From Nemertoderma westbladi (taxonomy: Eukaryota; Animalia; Xenacoelomorpha): DNA of 64,000 bases. Each line of letters begins with the position of its first letter. Position 1 is the first letter of the stretch. A program made the position numbers and the translations under genes. The notes under the pieces are model-generated. The model searched no databases, had not been told where the DNA came from, and saw only the letters and a list, made by a program, of their open reading frames with translations. The stretch lies in the NCBI GenBank assembly GCA_032718475.1, contig JAUCBJ010007690.1:1-64000 (forward strand), read 5' to 3'. Below, one piece after another: positions 27,992 through 42,900 of this stretch.

Positions 27992-30900
27992 ATTCATTGT
28001 AACATTGCATAATAATTAATTCAGGTATTGATTCATTTATTATATTGAAAAATTATTACAGGTATTGATTCCTTGTAACAATGCATAATAATTAATTCAG
28101 GTATTGATTCATTGTAACAATGCATAATAATTAATTCAGGTATTGATTCATTGTAACAATGCATAATCAATTAATTCAGGTATTGATTCATTGTAACATT
28201 GCATAATAATTAATTCAGGCAATAATTCAATTATAACATTGAAAAATTAATTCTGGTTTTGATTCATTGTAACATTGCATAATAATTAATTCAGGTATTG
28301 ATTCATTTATAACATTGAAAAATTAATTCTGGTATTGATTCATTGTAACATTGCATAATAATTAATTCAGGTATTGATTCATTTATTATATTGAAAAATT
28401 ATTACAGGTATTGATTCCTTGTAACAATGCATAATAATTAATTCAGGTATTGATTCATTTATAACATTGAAAAATTAATTCAGGTATTGATTCCTTGTCA
28501 TTGCATAATTAATTCTGGTAATTATTCATTGTAACATTGTATAATAATTAATTCAGGCATTGATTCATTTATAACATTGAAAAATTAATTCTGGTATTGA
28601 TTCATTGTAACATTGCATAATAATTAATTCAGGTATTGTTTCATATATAAGATTGAAAAATTAATTCAGATATTGATTCATTGTAACATTGCATAATAAT
28701 TAATTCAGGTGTTTATTCATTATAACATTGCATAATTAATTCAGGTATTGATTCATTATAACATTGCATAATTAATTCAGGTATTGATTCATTGTAACAT
28801 TGCATAATTAATTCTGGTATTGATTCATTATAACATTGCATATGCATAATTAATTCAGGTATTGATTCATTATAACATTGCATATGCATAATTAATTCAG
28901 GTATTAATTCATTGTAACATTGCATAATTAATTCAGGTATTGATTCATTGTAACATTGCATAATTAATTCTGGTATTGATTCATTGTAACATTGTATAAT
29001 AATTAATTCAGGTATTGATTCATTTATAACATTGAAAAATTAATTCTGGTATTGATTCATTGTAACATTGCATAATTAATTCTGGTATTGATTCATTATA
29101 ACATTGCATAATTAATTCTGGTATTGATTCATTGTAACATTGCATAATTAATTCAGGTATTGATTCATTATAACATTGCATAATTAATTCAGGTATTGAT
29201 TCATTGTAACATTGCATAATTAATTCAGGTATTGATTCATTGTAACATTGCATAATTAATTCAGGTATTGATTCATTGTAACATTGCATAATTAATTCTG
29301 GTATTGATTCATTGTAACATTGTATAATAATTAATTCAGGTATTGATTCATTTATAACATTGAAAAATTAATTCTGGTATTGATTCATTGTAACATTGCA
29401 TAATTAATTCAGGTATTGATTCATTGTAACATTGCATAATTAATTCAGGTATTGATTCATTGTAACATTGCATAATTAATTCTGGTATTGATTCATTGTA
29501 ACATTGTATAATAATTAATTCAGGTATTGATTCATTTATAACATTGAAAAATTAATTCTGGTATTGATTCATTGTAACATTGTATAATAATTAATTCAGG
29601 TATTGATTCATTGTAACATTGCATAATTAATTCAGGTATTGATTTATTGTAACATTGCATAATTAATTCTGGTATTGATTCATTGTAACATTGTATAATA
29701 ATTAATTCAGGTATTGATTCATTTATAACATTGAAAAATTAATTCTGGTATTGATTCATTTATAACATTGAAAAATTAATTCTGGTATTGATTCATTGTA
29801 ACATTGCATAATTAATTCTGGTATTGATTCATTATAACATTGCATAATTAATTCTGGTATTGATTCATTGTAACATTGTATAATAATTAATTCTGGTATT
29901 GATTCATTGTAACATTGTATAATAATTAATTCTGGTATTGATTCATTATAACATTGCATAATTAATTCTGGTATTGACTCATTGTAACATTGTATAATAA
30001 TTAATTCAGGTATTGATTCATTATAACATTGCATATGCATAATTAATTCAGGTATTGATTCATTTATAACATTGAAAAATTAATTCTGGTATTGATTCAT
30101 TTATAACATTGAAAAATTAATTCTGGTATTGATTCATTGTAACATTGCATAATTAATTCAGGTATTGATTTATTATAACATTGCATAATTAATTCAGGTA
30201 TTGATTCATTGTAACATTGCATAATTAATTCAGGTATTGATTCATTATAACATTGCATATGCATAATTAATTCAGGTATTGATTTATTATAACATTGCAT
30301 AATTAATTCAGGTCTTGATTCTTTATAACATTGCATAATTAATTCAGGTATTGATTCATTGTAACATTGCATAATTAATTCAGGTATTGATTCATTATAA
30401 CATTGCATATGCATAATTAATTCAGATATTGATTCATTATAACATTGCATAATTAATTCAGGTATTGATTCATTATAACATTGCATAATTAATTCAGGTA
30501 TTGATTCATTATAACATTGCATAATTAATTCAGGTATTGATTCATTGTAACATTGCATAATAATTAATTCTGGTATTGATTCATTATAACATTGAAAAAT
30601 TAATTCTGGTATTGATTCATTATAACATTGCATATGCATAATTAATTCAGGTATTGATTCATTATAACATTGCATAATTAATTCAGGTTTTGATTCATTA
30701 TAACATTGCATAATTAATTCCTGTATTGATTCATTGTAACATTGCATAATTAATTCTGGTATTGATTCATTATAACATTGCATATGCATAATTAATTCAG
30801 GTATTGATTCATTATAACATTGCATAATAATTAATTCAGGCATTGATTCAATATGACATTGTATAATTAATTCTGGTATTGATTCATTATAACATTGCAT

Positions 30901-33900
30901 AATTAATTCTGGTATTGATTCATTGTAACATTGTATAATAATTAATTCAGGTATTGATTCATTATAACATTGCATATGCATAATTAATTCAGGTATTGAT
31001 TCATTTATAACATTGAAAAATTAATTCTGGTATTGATTCATTTATAACATTGAAAAATTAATTCTGGTATTGATTCATTGTAACATTGCATAATTAATTC
31101 AGGTATTGATTCATTATAACATTGCATGATTAATTCAGGTATTGATTCATTGTAACATTGCATAATTAATTCAGGTATTGATTCATTATAACATTGCATA
31201 TGCATAATTAATTCAGGTATTGATTCATTATAACATTGCATAATTAATTCAGGTATTGATTCTTTATAACATTGCATAATTAATTCAGGTATTGATTCAT
31301 TGTAACATTGCATAATTAATTCAGGTATTGATTCATTATAACATTGCATATGCATAATTAATTCAGATATTGATTCTTTATAACATTGCATAATTAATTC
31401 AGGTATTGATTCATTGTAACATTGCATAATTAATTCAGGTATTGATTCTTTATAACATTGCATAATTAATTCAGGTATTGATTCATTGTAACATTGCATA
31501 ATTAATTCAGGTATTGATTCATTATAACATTGCATATGCATAATTAATTCAGGTATTGATTCATTGTAACATTGCATAATTAATTCAGGTATTGATTCTT
31601 TATAACATTGCATAATTAATTCAGGTATTGATTCATTGTAACATTGCATAATTAATTCAGGTATTGATTCATTATAACATTGCATATGCATAATTAATTC
31701 AGGTATTGATTCATTATAACATTGCATAATTAATTCAGGTATTGATTCATTGTAACATTGCATAATAATTAATTCTGGTATTTATTCATTATAACATTGA
31801 AAAATTAATTCTGGTATTGATTCATTATAACATTGCATATGCATAATTAATTCAGGTATTGATTCATTATAACATTGCATAATTAATTCAGGTTTTGATT
31901 CATTATAACATTGCATAATTAATTCCTGTATTGATTCATTGTAACATTGCATAATTAATTCTGGTATTGATTCATTATAACATTGCATATGCATAATTAA
32001 TTCAGGTATTGATTCATTATAACATTGCATAATAATTAATTCAGGCATTGATTCAATATGACATTGTATAATTAATTCAGGTATTGATTCATTGTAACAT
32101 TGCATTATTAATTCTGGTATTGATTCATTATAACATTGCATATGCATAATTAATTCAGGTATTGATTCATTGTAACATTGCATAATTAATTCTGGTATTG
32201 ATTCATTATAACATTGCATATGCATAATTAATTCAGGTATTTATTCATTTTAACATTGCATAATAATTAATTCAGGCATTGATTCATTATAACATTGCAT
32301 AATTAATTCAGGTATTGATTCATTATAACATTGCATAATTAATTCAGGTATTGATTCATTGTAACATTGCATAATAATTAATTCTGGTATTGATTCATTA
32401 TAACATTGAAAAATTAATTCAGGTATTGATTCATTTATAACATTGCATATGCATAATTAATTCAGGTATTGATTCATTATAACATTGCATAATTAATTCA
32501 GGTATTGATTCATTATAACATTGCATAATTAATTCAGGTATTGATTCATTGTAACATTGCATAATAATTAATTCTGGTATTGATTCATTATAACATTGCA
32601 TAATTAATTCAGGTATTGATTCATTATAACATTGCATAATAATTAATTCTGGTATTGATTCATTATAACATTGAAAAATTAATTCAGGTATTGATTCATT
32701 ATAACATTGCATAATTAATTCAGGTATTGATTCATTATAACATTGCATAATTAATTCAGGTTTTGATTCATTATAACATTGCATAATTAATTCCTGTATT
32801 GATTCATTGTAACATTGCATAATTAATTCTGGTATTGATTCATTATAACATTGCATATGCATAATTAATTCAGGTATTGATTCATTATAACATTGCATAA
32901 TAATTAATTCAGGCATTGATTCAATATGACATTGTATAATTAATTCAGGTATTGATTCATTGTAACATTGCATTATTAATTCTGGTATTGATTCATTATA
33001 ACATTGCATATGCATAATTAATTCAGGTATTGATTCATTGTAACATTGCATAATTAATTCAGGTATTGATTCATTATAACATTGCATAATTAATTCAGGT
33101 ATTGATTCATTGTAACATTGCATAATAATTAATTCTGGTATTGATTCATTATAACATTGAAAAATTAATTCAGGTATTGATTCATTATAACATTGCATAT
33201 GCATAATTAATTCAGGTATTGATTCATTATAACATTGCATAATTAATTCAGGTTTTGATTCATTATAACATTGCATAATTAATTCAGGTATTGATTCATT
33301 GTAACATTGCATAATAATTAATTCTGGTATTGATTCATTATAACATTGAAAAATTAATTCAGGTATTGATTCATTATAACATTGCATATGCATAATTAAT
33401 TCAGGTATTGATTCATTATAACATTGCATAATTAATTCAGGTTTTGATTCATTATAACATTGCATAATTAATTCCTGTATTGATTCATTGTAACATTGCA
33501 TAATTAATTATGGTATTGATTCATTATAACATTGCATATGCATAATTAATTCAGGTATTGATTCATTATAACATTGCATAATAATTAATTCAGGCATTGA
33601 TTCAATATGACATTGTATAATTAATTCAGGTATTGATTCATTGTAACATTGCATTATTAATTCTGGTATTGATTCATTATAACATTGCATATGCATAATT
33701 AATTCAGGTATTGATTCATTGTAACATTGCATAATTAATTCTGGTATTGATTCATTATAACATTGCATATGCATAATTAATTCAGGTATTGATTCATTAT
33801 AACATTGCATAATAATTAATTCAGGCATTGATTCAATATAACATTGCATAATTAATTCAGGTATTGATTCATTGTAACATTGCATAATTAATTCTGGTAT

Positions 33901-36900
33901 TGTTTCATTATAACATTGCATAATTAATTCAGGTATTGAGTCATTGTAACATTGCATAATTAATTCAGGTATTGATTCATTATAACATTGCATAATTAAT
34001 TCAGGTATTGATTCATTGTAACATTGCATAATTAATTCAGGTATTGATTCATTGTAACATTGCATAATTAATTCAGGTATTGATTCATTGTAACATTGCA
34101 TAATTAATTCTGGTATTGATTCATTATAACATTGCATATGCATAATTAATTCAGGTATTGATTCATTATAACATTGCATAATAATTAATTCAGGCATTGA
34201 TTCAATATAACATTGTATAATTAATTCAGGTATTGATTCATTGTAACATTGCATTATTAATTCTGGTATTGATTCATTATAACATTGCATATGCATAATT
34301 AATTCAGGTATTGATTCATTGTAACATTGCATAATTAATTCCTGTATTGATTCATTGTAACATTGCATTATTAATTCTGGTATTGACTCATTGTAACATT
34401 GTATAATAATTAATTCAGGTATTGATTCATTATAACATTGCATATGCATAATTAATTCAGGTATTGATTCATTGTAACATTGCATAATTAATTCCTGTAT
34501 TGATTCATTGTAACATTGCATTATTAATTCTGGTATTGACTCATTGTAACATTGTATAATAATTAATTCAGGTATTGATTCATTATAACATTGCATATGC
34601 ATAATTAATTCAGGTATTGATTCATTATAACATTGCATAATAATTAATTCAGGCATTGATTCAATATAACATTGCATAATTAATTCAGGTATTGATTCAT
34701 TGTAACATTGCATAATTAATTCTGGTATTGATTCATTGTAACATTGTATAATAATTAATTCAGGTATTGTTTCATAATAAGATTGAAAAATTAATTCAGA
34801 TATTGATTCAATGTAACATTGTATAATAATTAATTCAGGTATTGATTCATTTATTATATTGAAAAATTATTACAGGTATTGATTCCTTGTAACAATGCAT
34901 AATAATTAATTCAGGTATTGATTCATTGTAACATTGCATAATTAATTCTGGTATTGATTCATTGTAACATTGTATAATAATTAATTCAGGTATTGTTTCA
35001 TAATAAGATTGAAAAATTAATACAGATATTGATTCATTGTAACAATGCATAATAATTAATTCAGGTATTGATTCATTGTAACATTGCATAATAATTAATT
35101 CAGGTGTTTATTCATTATGACATTGCATAATTAATTCAGGTATTGATTCATTATAACATTGCATATGCATAATTAATTCAGGTATTGATTCATTGTAACA
35201 TTGCATAATTAATTCTGGTATTGATTCATTATAACATTGCATATGCATAATTAATTCAGGTATTGATTCATTATAACATTGCATAATAATTAATTCAGGC
35301 ATTGATTCAATATAACATTGCATAATTAATTCAGGTATTGATTCATTGTAACATTGCATAATTAATTCTGGTATTGATTCATTGTAACATTGTATAATAA
35401 TTAATTCAGGTATTGTTTCATAATAAGATTGAAAAATTAATTCAGATATTGATTCATTGTAACAATGCATAATAATTAATTCAGGTATTGATTCATTGTA
35501 ACATTGCATAATAATTAATTCAGGTGTTTATTCATTATAACATTGCATAATTAATTCAGGTATTGATTCATTATAACATTGCATATGCATAATTAATTCA
35601 GGTATTGATTCATTATAACATTGCATAGTTAATTCAGGTATTGATTCATTGTAACATTGCATAATTAATTCTGGTATTGATTCATTATAACATTGCATAT
35701 GCATAATTAATTCAGGTATTGATTCATTATAACATTGCATTTTAATTAATTCAGGCATTGATTCAATATAACATTGCATAATTAATTCAGGTATTGATTC
35801 ATTGTAACATTGCATAATTAATTCTGGTATTGATTCATTGTAACATTGTATAATAATTAATTCAGGTATTGTTTCATAATAAGATTGAAAAATTAATTCA
35901 GATATTGATTCATTGTAACAATGCATAATAATTAATTCAGGTATTGATTCATTGTAACATTGCATAATAATTAATTCAGGTGTTTATTCATTATAACATT
36001 GCATAATTAATTCAGGTATTGATTCATTATAAAATTGCATATGCATAATTAATTCAGGTATTGATTCATTATAACATTGCATATGCATAATTAATTCAGG
36101 TATTGATTCATTATAACATTGCATAATTAATTCAGGTATTGATTCATTGTAACATTGCATAATTAATTCAGGCATTGATTCATTATAACATTGCATATGC
36201 ATAATTAATTCAGGTATTGATTCATTATAACATTGCATAATTAATTCAGGTATTGATTCATTATAACATTGCATAATTAATTCAGGTATTGATTCATTGT
36301 AACATTGCATAATTAATTCAGGTATTGATTCATTATAACATTGCATATGCATAATTAATTCAGGTATTGATTCATTATAACATTGCATAATTAATTCAGG
36401 TATTGATTCATTATAACATTGCATAATTAATTCTGGTATTGATTCATTGTAACATTGCATAATTAATTCAGGTATTGATTCATTATAACATTGCATATGC
36501 ATAATTAATTCAGGTATTGATTCATTATAACATTGCATAATTAATTCAGGTATTGATTCATTATAACATTGCATAATTAATTCAGGTATTGATTCATTGT
36601 AACATTGCATAATTAATTCTGGTATTGATTCATTGTAACATTGTATAATAATTAATTCAGGTATTGTTTCATAATAAGATTGAAAAATTAATTCAGATAT
36701 TGATTCATTGTAACAATGCATAATAATTAATTCAGGTATTGATTCATTGTAACATTGCATAATAATTAATTCAGGTATTGTTTCATAATAAGATTGAAAA
36801 ATTAATTCAGATATTGATTCATTGTAACAATGCATAATAATTAATTCAGGTATTGATTCATTGTAACATTGCATAATAATTAATTCAGGTGTTTATTCAT

Positions 36901-39900
36901 TATAACATTGCATAATTAATTCAGGTATTGATTCATTATAACATTGCATATGCATAATTAATTCAGGTATTGATTCATTATAACATTGCATAGTTAATTC
37001 AGGTATTGATTCATTGTAACATTGCATAATTAATTCTGGTATTGATTCATTATAACATTGCATATGCATAATTAATTCAGGTATTGATTCATTATAACAT
37101 TGCATAATAATTAATTCAGGCATTGATTCAATATAACATTGCATAATTAATTCAGGTATTGATTCATTGTAACATTGCATAATTAATTCTGGTATTGATT
37201 CATTGTAACATTGTATAATAATTAATTCAGGTATTGTTTCATAATAAGATTGAAAAATTAATTCAGATATTGATTCATTGTAACAATGCATAATAATTAA
37301 TTCAGGTATTGATTCATTGTAACATTGCATAATAATTAATTCAGGTGTTTATTCATTATAACATTGCATAATTAATTCAGGTATTGATTCATTATAACAT
37401 TGCATATGCATAATTAATTCAGGTATTGATTCATTATAACATTGCATATGCATAATTAATTCAGGTATTGATTCATTATAACATTGCATAATTAATTCAG
37501 GTATTGATTCATTGTAACATTGCATAATTAATTCAGGCATTGATTCATTATAACATTGCATATGCATAATTAATTCAGGTATTGATTCATTGTAACATTG
37601 CATAATTAATTCAGGTATTGATTCATTGTAACATTGCATAATTAATTCAGGCATTGATTCATTATAACATTGCATATGCATAATTAATTCAGGTATTGAT
37701 TCATTATAACATTGCATAATTAATTCAGGTATTGATTCATTATAACATTGCATAATTAATTCAGGTATTGATTCATTGTAACATTGCATATGCATAATTA
37801 ATTCAGGTATTGATTCATTATAACATTGCATAATTAATTCAGGTATTGATTCATTATAACATTGCATAATTAATTCAGGTATTGATTCATTGTAACATTG
37901 CATATGCATAATTAATTCAGGTATTGATTCATTATAACATTGCATAATTAATTCAGGTATTGATTCATTTTAACATTGCATAATAATTAATTCAGGTATT
38001 GATTCATTATAACATTGCATAATTAATTCAGGTATTGATTCATTATAACATTGCATAATTAATTCAGGTATTGATTCATTGTAACATTGCATAATTAATT
38101 CAGGTATTGATTCATTATAACATTGCATATGCATAATTAATTCAGGTATTGATTCATTATAACATTGCATAATTAATTCAGGTATTGATTCATTATAACA
38201 TTGCATAATTAATTCTGGTATTGATTCATTGTAACATTGCATAATTAATTCCGGTATTGATTCATTATAACATTGCATATGCATAATTAATTCAGGTATT
38301 GATTCATTATAACATTGCATAATTAATTCAGGTATTGATTCATTATACCATTGCATAATTAATTCAGGTATTGATTCATTATAACATTGCATATGCATAA
38401 TTAATTCAGGTATTGATTCATTGTAACATTGCATAATTAATTCAGGTATTGATTCATTATAACATTGCATAATTAATTCTGGTATTGATTCATTGTAACA
38501 TTGCATAATTAATTCAGGTAATTATTCATTTATAACATTGCATAATTAATTCAGGTATTGATTCATTATAACATTGCATAATTAATTCAGGTATTGATTC
38601 ATTATAACATTGCATAATTAATTCTGGTATTGATTCATTGTAACATTGCATAATTAATTCAGGTATTGATTCATTATAACATTGCATAATTAATTCTGGT
38701 ATTGATTCATTGTAACATTGCATAATTAATTCAGGTATTGATTCATTATAACATTGCATATGCATAATTAATTCAGGTATTGATTCATTATAACATTGCA
38801 TAATTAATTCAGGTATTGATTCATTATAACATTGCATAATTAATTCAGGTATTGATTCATTATAACATTGCATATGCATAATTAATTCAGGTATTGATTC
38901 ATTATAACATTGCATAATTAATTCAGGTATTGATTCATTATAACATTGCATAATTAATTCTGGTATTGATTCATTGTAACATTGCATAATTAATTCAGGT
39001 ATTGATTCATTATAACATTGCATAATTAATTCAGGTATTGATTCATTATAACATTGCATATGCATAATTAATTCAGGTATTGATTCATTATAACATTGCA
39101 TAACTAATTCAGGTATTGATTCATTATAACATTGCATATGCATAATTAATTCAGGTATTGATTCATTATAACATTGCATAATTAATTCTGGTATTGATTC
39201 ATTGTAACATTGCATAATTAATTCAGGTATTGATTCATTATAACATTGCATAATTAATTCAGGTATTGATTCATTATAACATTGCATATGCATAATTAAT
39301 TCAGGTATTGATTCATTATAACATTGCATAATTAATTCAGGTATTGATTCATTATAACATTGCATAATTAATTCAGGTATTGATTCATTATAACATTGCA
39401 TATGCATAATTAATTCAGGTATTGATTCATTATAACATTGCATAATTAATTCAGGTATTGATTCATTATAACATTGCATATGCATAATTAATTCAGGTAT
39501 TGATTCATTATAACATTGCATAATTAATTCAGGTATTGATTCATTGTAACATTGCATAATTAATTCAGGTATTGATTCATTATAACATTGCATAATTAAT
39601 TCAGGTATTGATTCAATATAACATTGCATAATTAATTCCGGTAATTATTCATTATAACATTGCATAATTAATTCAGGTATTGATTCATTATAACATTGCA
39701 TAATTAATTCTGGTATTGATTCATTGTAACATTGCATAATTAATTCAGGTATTGATTCATTGTAACATTGCATATGCATAATTAATTCAGGTATTGATTC
39801 ATTATAACATTGCATAATTAATTCAGGTATTGATTCATTGTAACATTGCATAATTAATTCAGGTATTGATTCATTATAACATTGCATATGCATAATTAAT

Positions 39901-42900
39901 TCAGGTATTGATTCATTATAACATTGCATAATTAATTCAGGTATTGATTCATTGTAACATTGCATAATTAATTCAGGTATTGATTCATTATAACATTGCA
40001 TATGCATAATTAATTCAGGTATTGATTCACTATAACATTGCATAATTAATTCAGGTATTGATTCATTGTAACATTGCATAATTAATTCAGGTATTGATTC
40101 ATTATAACATTGCATATGCATAATTAATTCAGGTATTGATTCATTATAACATTGCATAATTAATTCAGGTATTGATTCATTGTAACATTGCATAATTAAT
40201 TCAGGTATTGATTCATTATAACATTGCATATGCATAATTAATTCAGGTATTGATTCATTATAACATTGCATAATTAATTCAGGTATTGATTCATTGTAAC
40301 ATTGCATAATTAATTCAGGCATTGATTCATTATAACATTGCATATGCATAATTAATTCAGGTATTGATTCATTATAACATTGCATAATTAATTCAGGTAT
40401 TGATTCATTATAACATTGCATAATTAATTCAGGTATTGATTCATTGTAACATTGCATAATTAATTCAGGTATTGATTCATTATAACATTGCATATGCATA
40501 ATTAATTCAGGTATTGATTCATTATAACATTGCATAATTAATTCAGGTATTGATTCATTATAACATTGCATAATTAATTCTGGTATTGATTCATTGTAAC
40601 ATTGCATAATTAATTCAGGTATTGATTCATTATAACATTGCATATGCATAATTAATTCAGGTATTGATTCATTATAACATTGCATAATTAATTCAGGTAT
40701 TGATTCATTATAACATTGCATAATTAATTCAGGTATTGATTCATTGTAACATTGCATAATTAATTCTGGTATTGATTCATTGTAACATTGTATAATAATT
40801 AATTCAGGTATTGTTTCATAATAAGATTGAAAAATTAATTCAGATATTGATTCATTGTAACAATGCATAATAATTAATTCAGGTATTGATTCATTGTAAC
40901 ATTGCATAATAATTAATTCAGGTATTGTTTCATAATAAGATTGAAAAATTAATTCAGATATTGATTCATTGTAACAATGCATAATAATTAATTCAGGTAT
41001 TGATTCATTGTAACATTGCATAATAATTAATTCAGGTGTTTATTCATTATAACATTGCATAATTAATTCAGGTATTGATTCATTATAACATTGCATATGC
41101 ATAATTAATTCAGGTATTGATTCATTATAACATTGCATAGTTAATTCAGGTATTGATTCATTGTAACATTGCATAATTAATTCTGGTATTGATTCATTAT
41201 AACATTGCATATGCATAATTAATTCAGGTATTGATTCATTATAACATTGCATAATAATTAATTCAGGCATTGATTCAATATAACATTGCATAATTAATTC
41301 AGGTATTGATTCATTGTAACATTGCATAATTAATTCTGGTATTGATTCATTGTAACATTGTATAATAATTAATTCAGGTATTGTTTCATAATAAGATTGA
41401 AAAATTAATTCAGATATTGATTCATTGTAACAATGCATAATAATTAATTCAGGTATTGATTCATTGTAACATTGCATAATAATTAATTCAGGTGTTTATT
41501 CATTATAACATTGCATAATTAATTCAGGTATTGATTCATTATAACATTGCATATGCATAATTAATTCAGGTATTGATTCATTATAACATTGCATATGCAT
41601 AATTAATTCAGGTATTGATTCATTATAACATTGCATAATTAATTCAGGTATTGATTCATTGTAACATTGCATAATTAATTCAGGCATTGATTCATTATAA
41701 CATTGCATATGCATAATTAATTCAGGTATTGATTCATTATAACATTGCATAATTAATTCAGGTATTGATTCATTATAACATTGCATAATTAATTCAGGTA
41801 TTGATTCATTGTAACATTGCATATGCATAATTAATTCAGGTATTGATTCATTATAACATTGCATAATTAATTCAGGTATTGATTCATTATAACATTGCAT
41901 AATTAATTCAGGTATTGATTCATTGTAACATTGCATATGCATAATTAATTCAGGTATTGATTCATTATAACATTGCATAATTAATTCAGGTATTGATTCA
42001 TTTTAACATTGCATAATAATTAATTCAGGTATTGATTCATTATAACATTGCATAATTAATTCAGGTATTGATTCATTATAACATTGCATAATTAATTCAG
42101 GTATTGATTCATTGTAACATTGCATAATTAATTCAGGTATTGATTCATTATAACATTGCATATGCATAATTAATTCAGGTATTGATTCATTATAACATTG
42201 CATAATTAATTCAGGTATTGATTCATTATAACATTGCATAATTAATTCTGGTATTGATTCATTGTAACATTGCATAATTAATTCAGGTATTGATTCATTA
42301 TAACATTGCATATGCATAATTAATTCAGGTATTGATTCATTATAACATTGCATAATTAATTCAGGTATTGATTCATTATAACATTGCATAATTAATTCTG
42401 GTATTGATTCATTGTAACATTGCACAATTAATTCAGGTATTGATTCATTATAACATTGCATATGCATAATTAATTCAGGTATTGATTCATTATAACATTG
42501 CATAATTAATTCAGGTATTGATTCATTATAACATTGCATAATTAATTCAGGTATTGATTCATTATAACATTGCATATGCATAATTAATTCAGGTATTGAT
42601 TCATTATAACATTGCATAATTAATTCAGGTATTGATTCATTATAACATTGCATAATTAATTCTGGTATTGATTCATTGTAACATTGCATAATTAATTCAG
42701 GTATTGATTCATTATAACATTGCATAATTAATTCAGGTATTGATTCATTATAACATTGCATAATTAATTCAGGTATTGATTCATTATAACATTGCATAAT
42801 TAATTCAGGTATTGATTCATTATAACATTGCATAATTAATTCAGGTATTGATTCATTATAACATTGCATATGCATAATTAATTCAGGTATTGATTCATTA

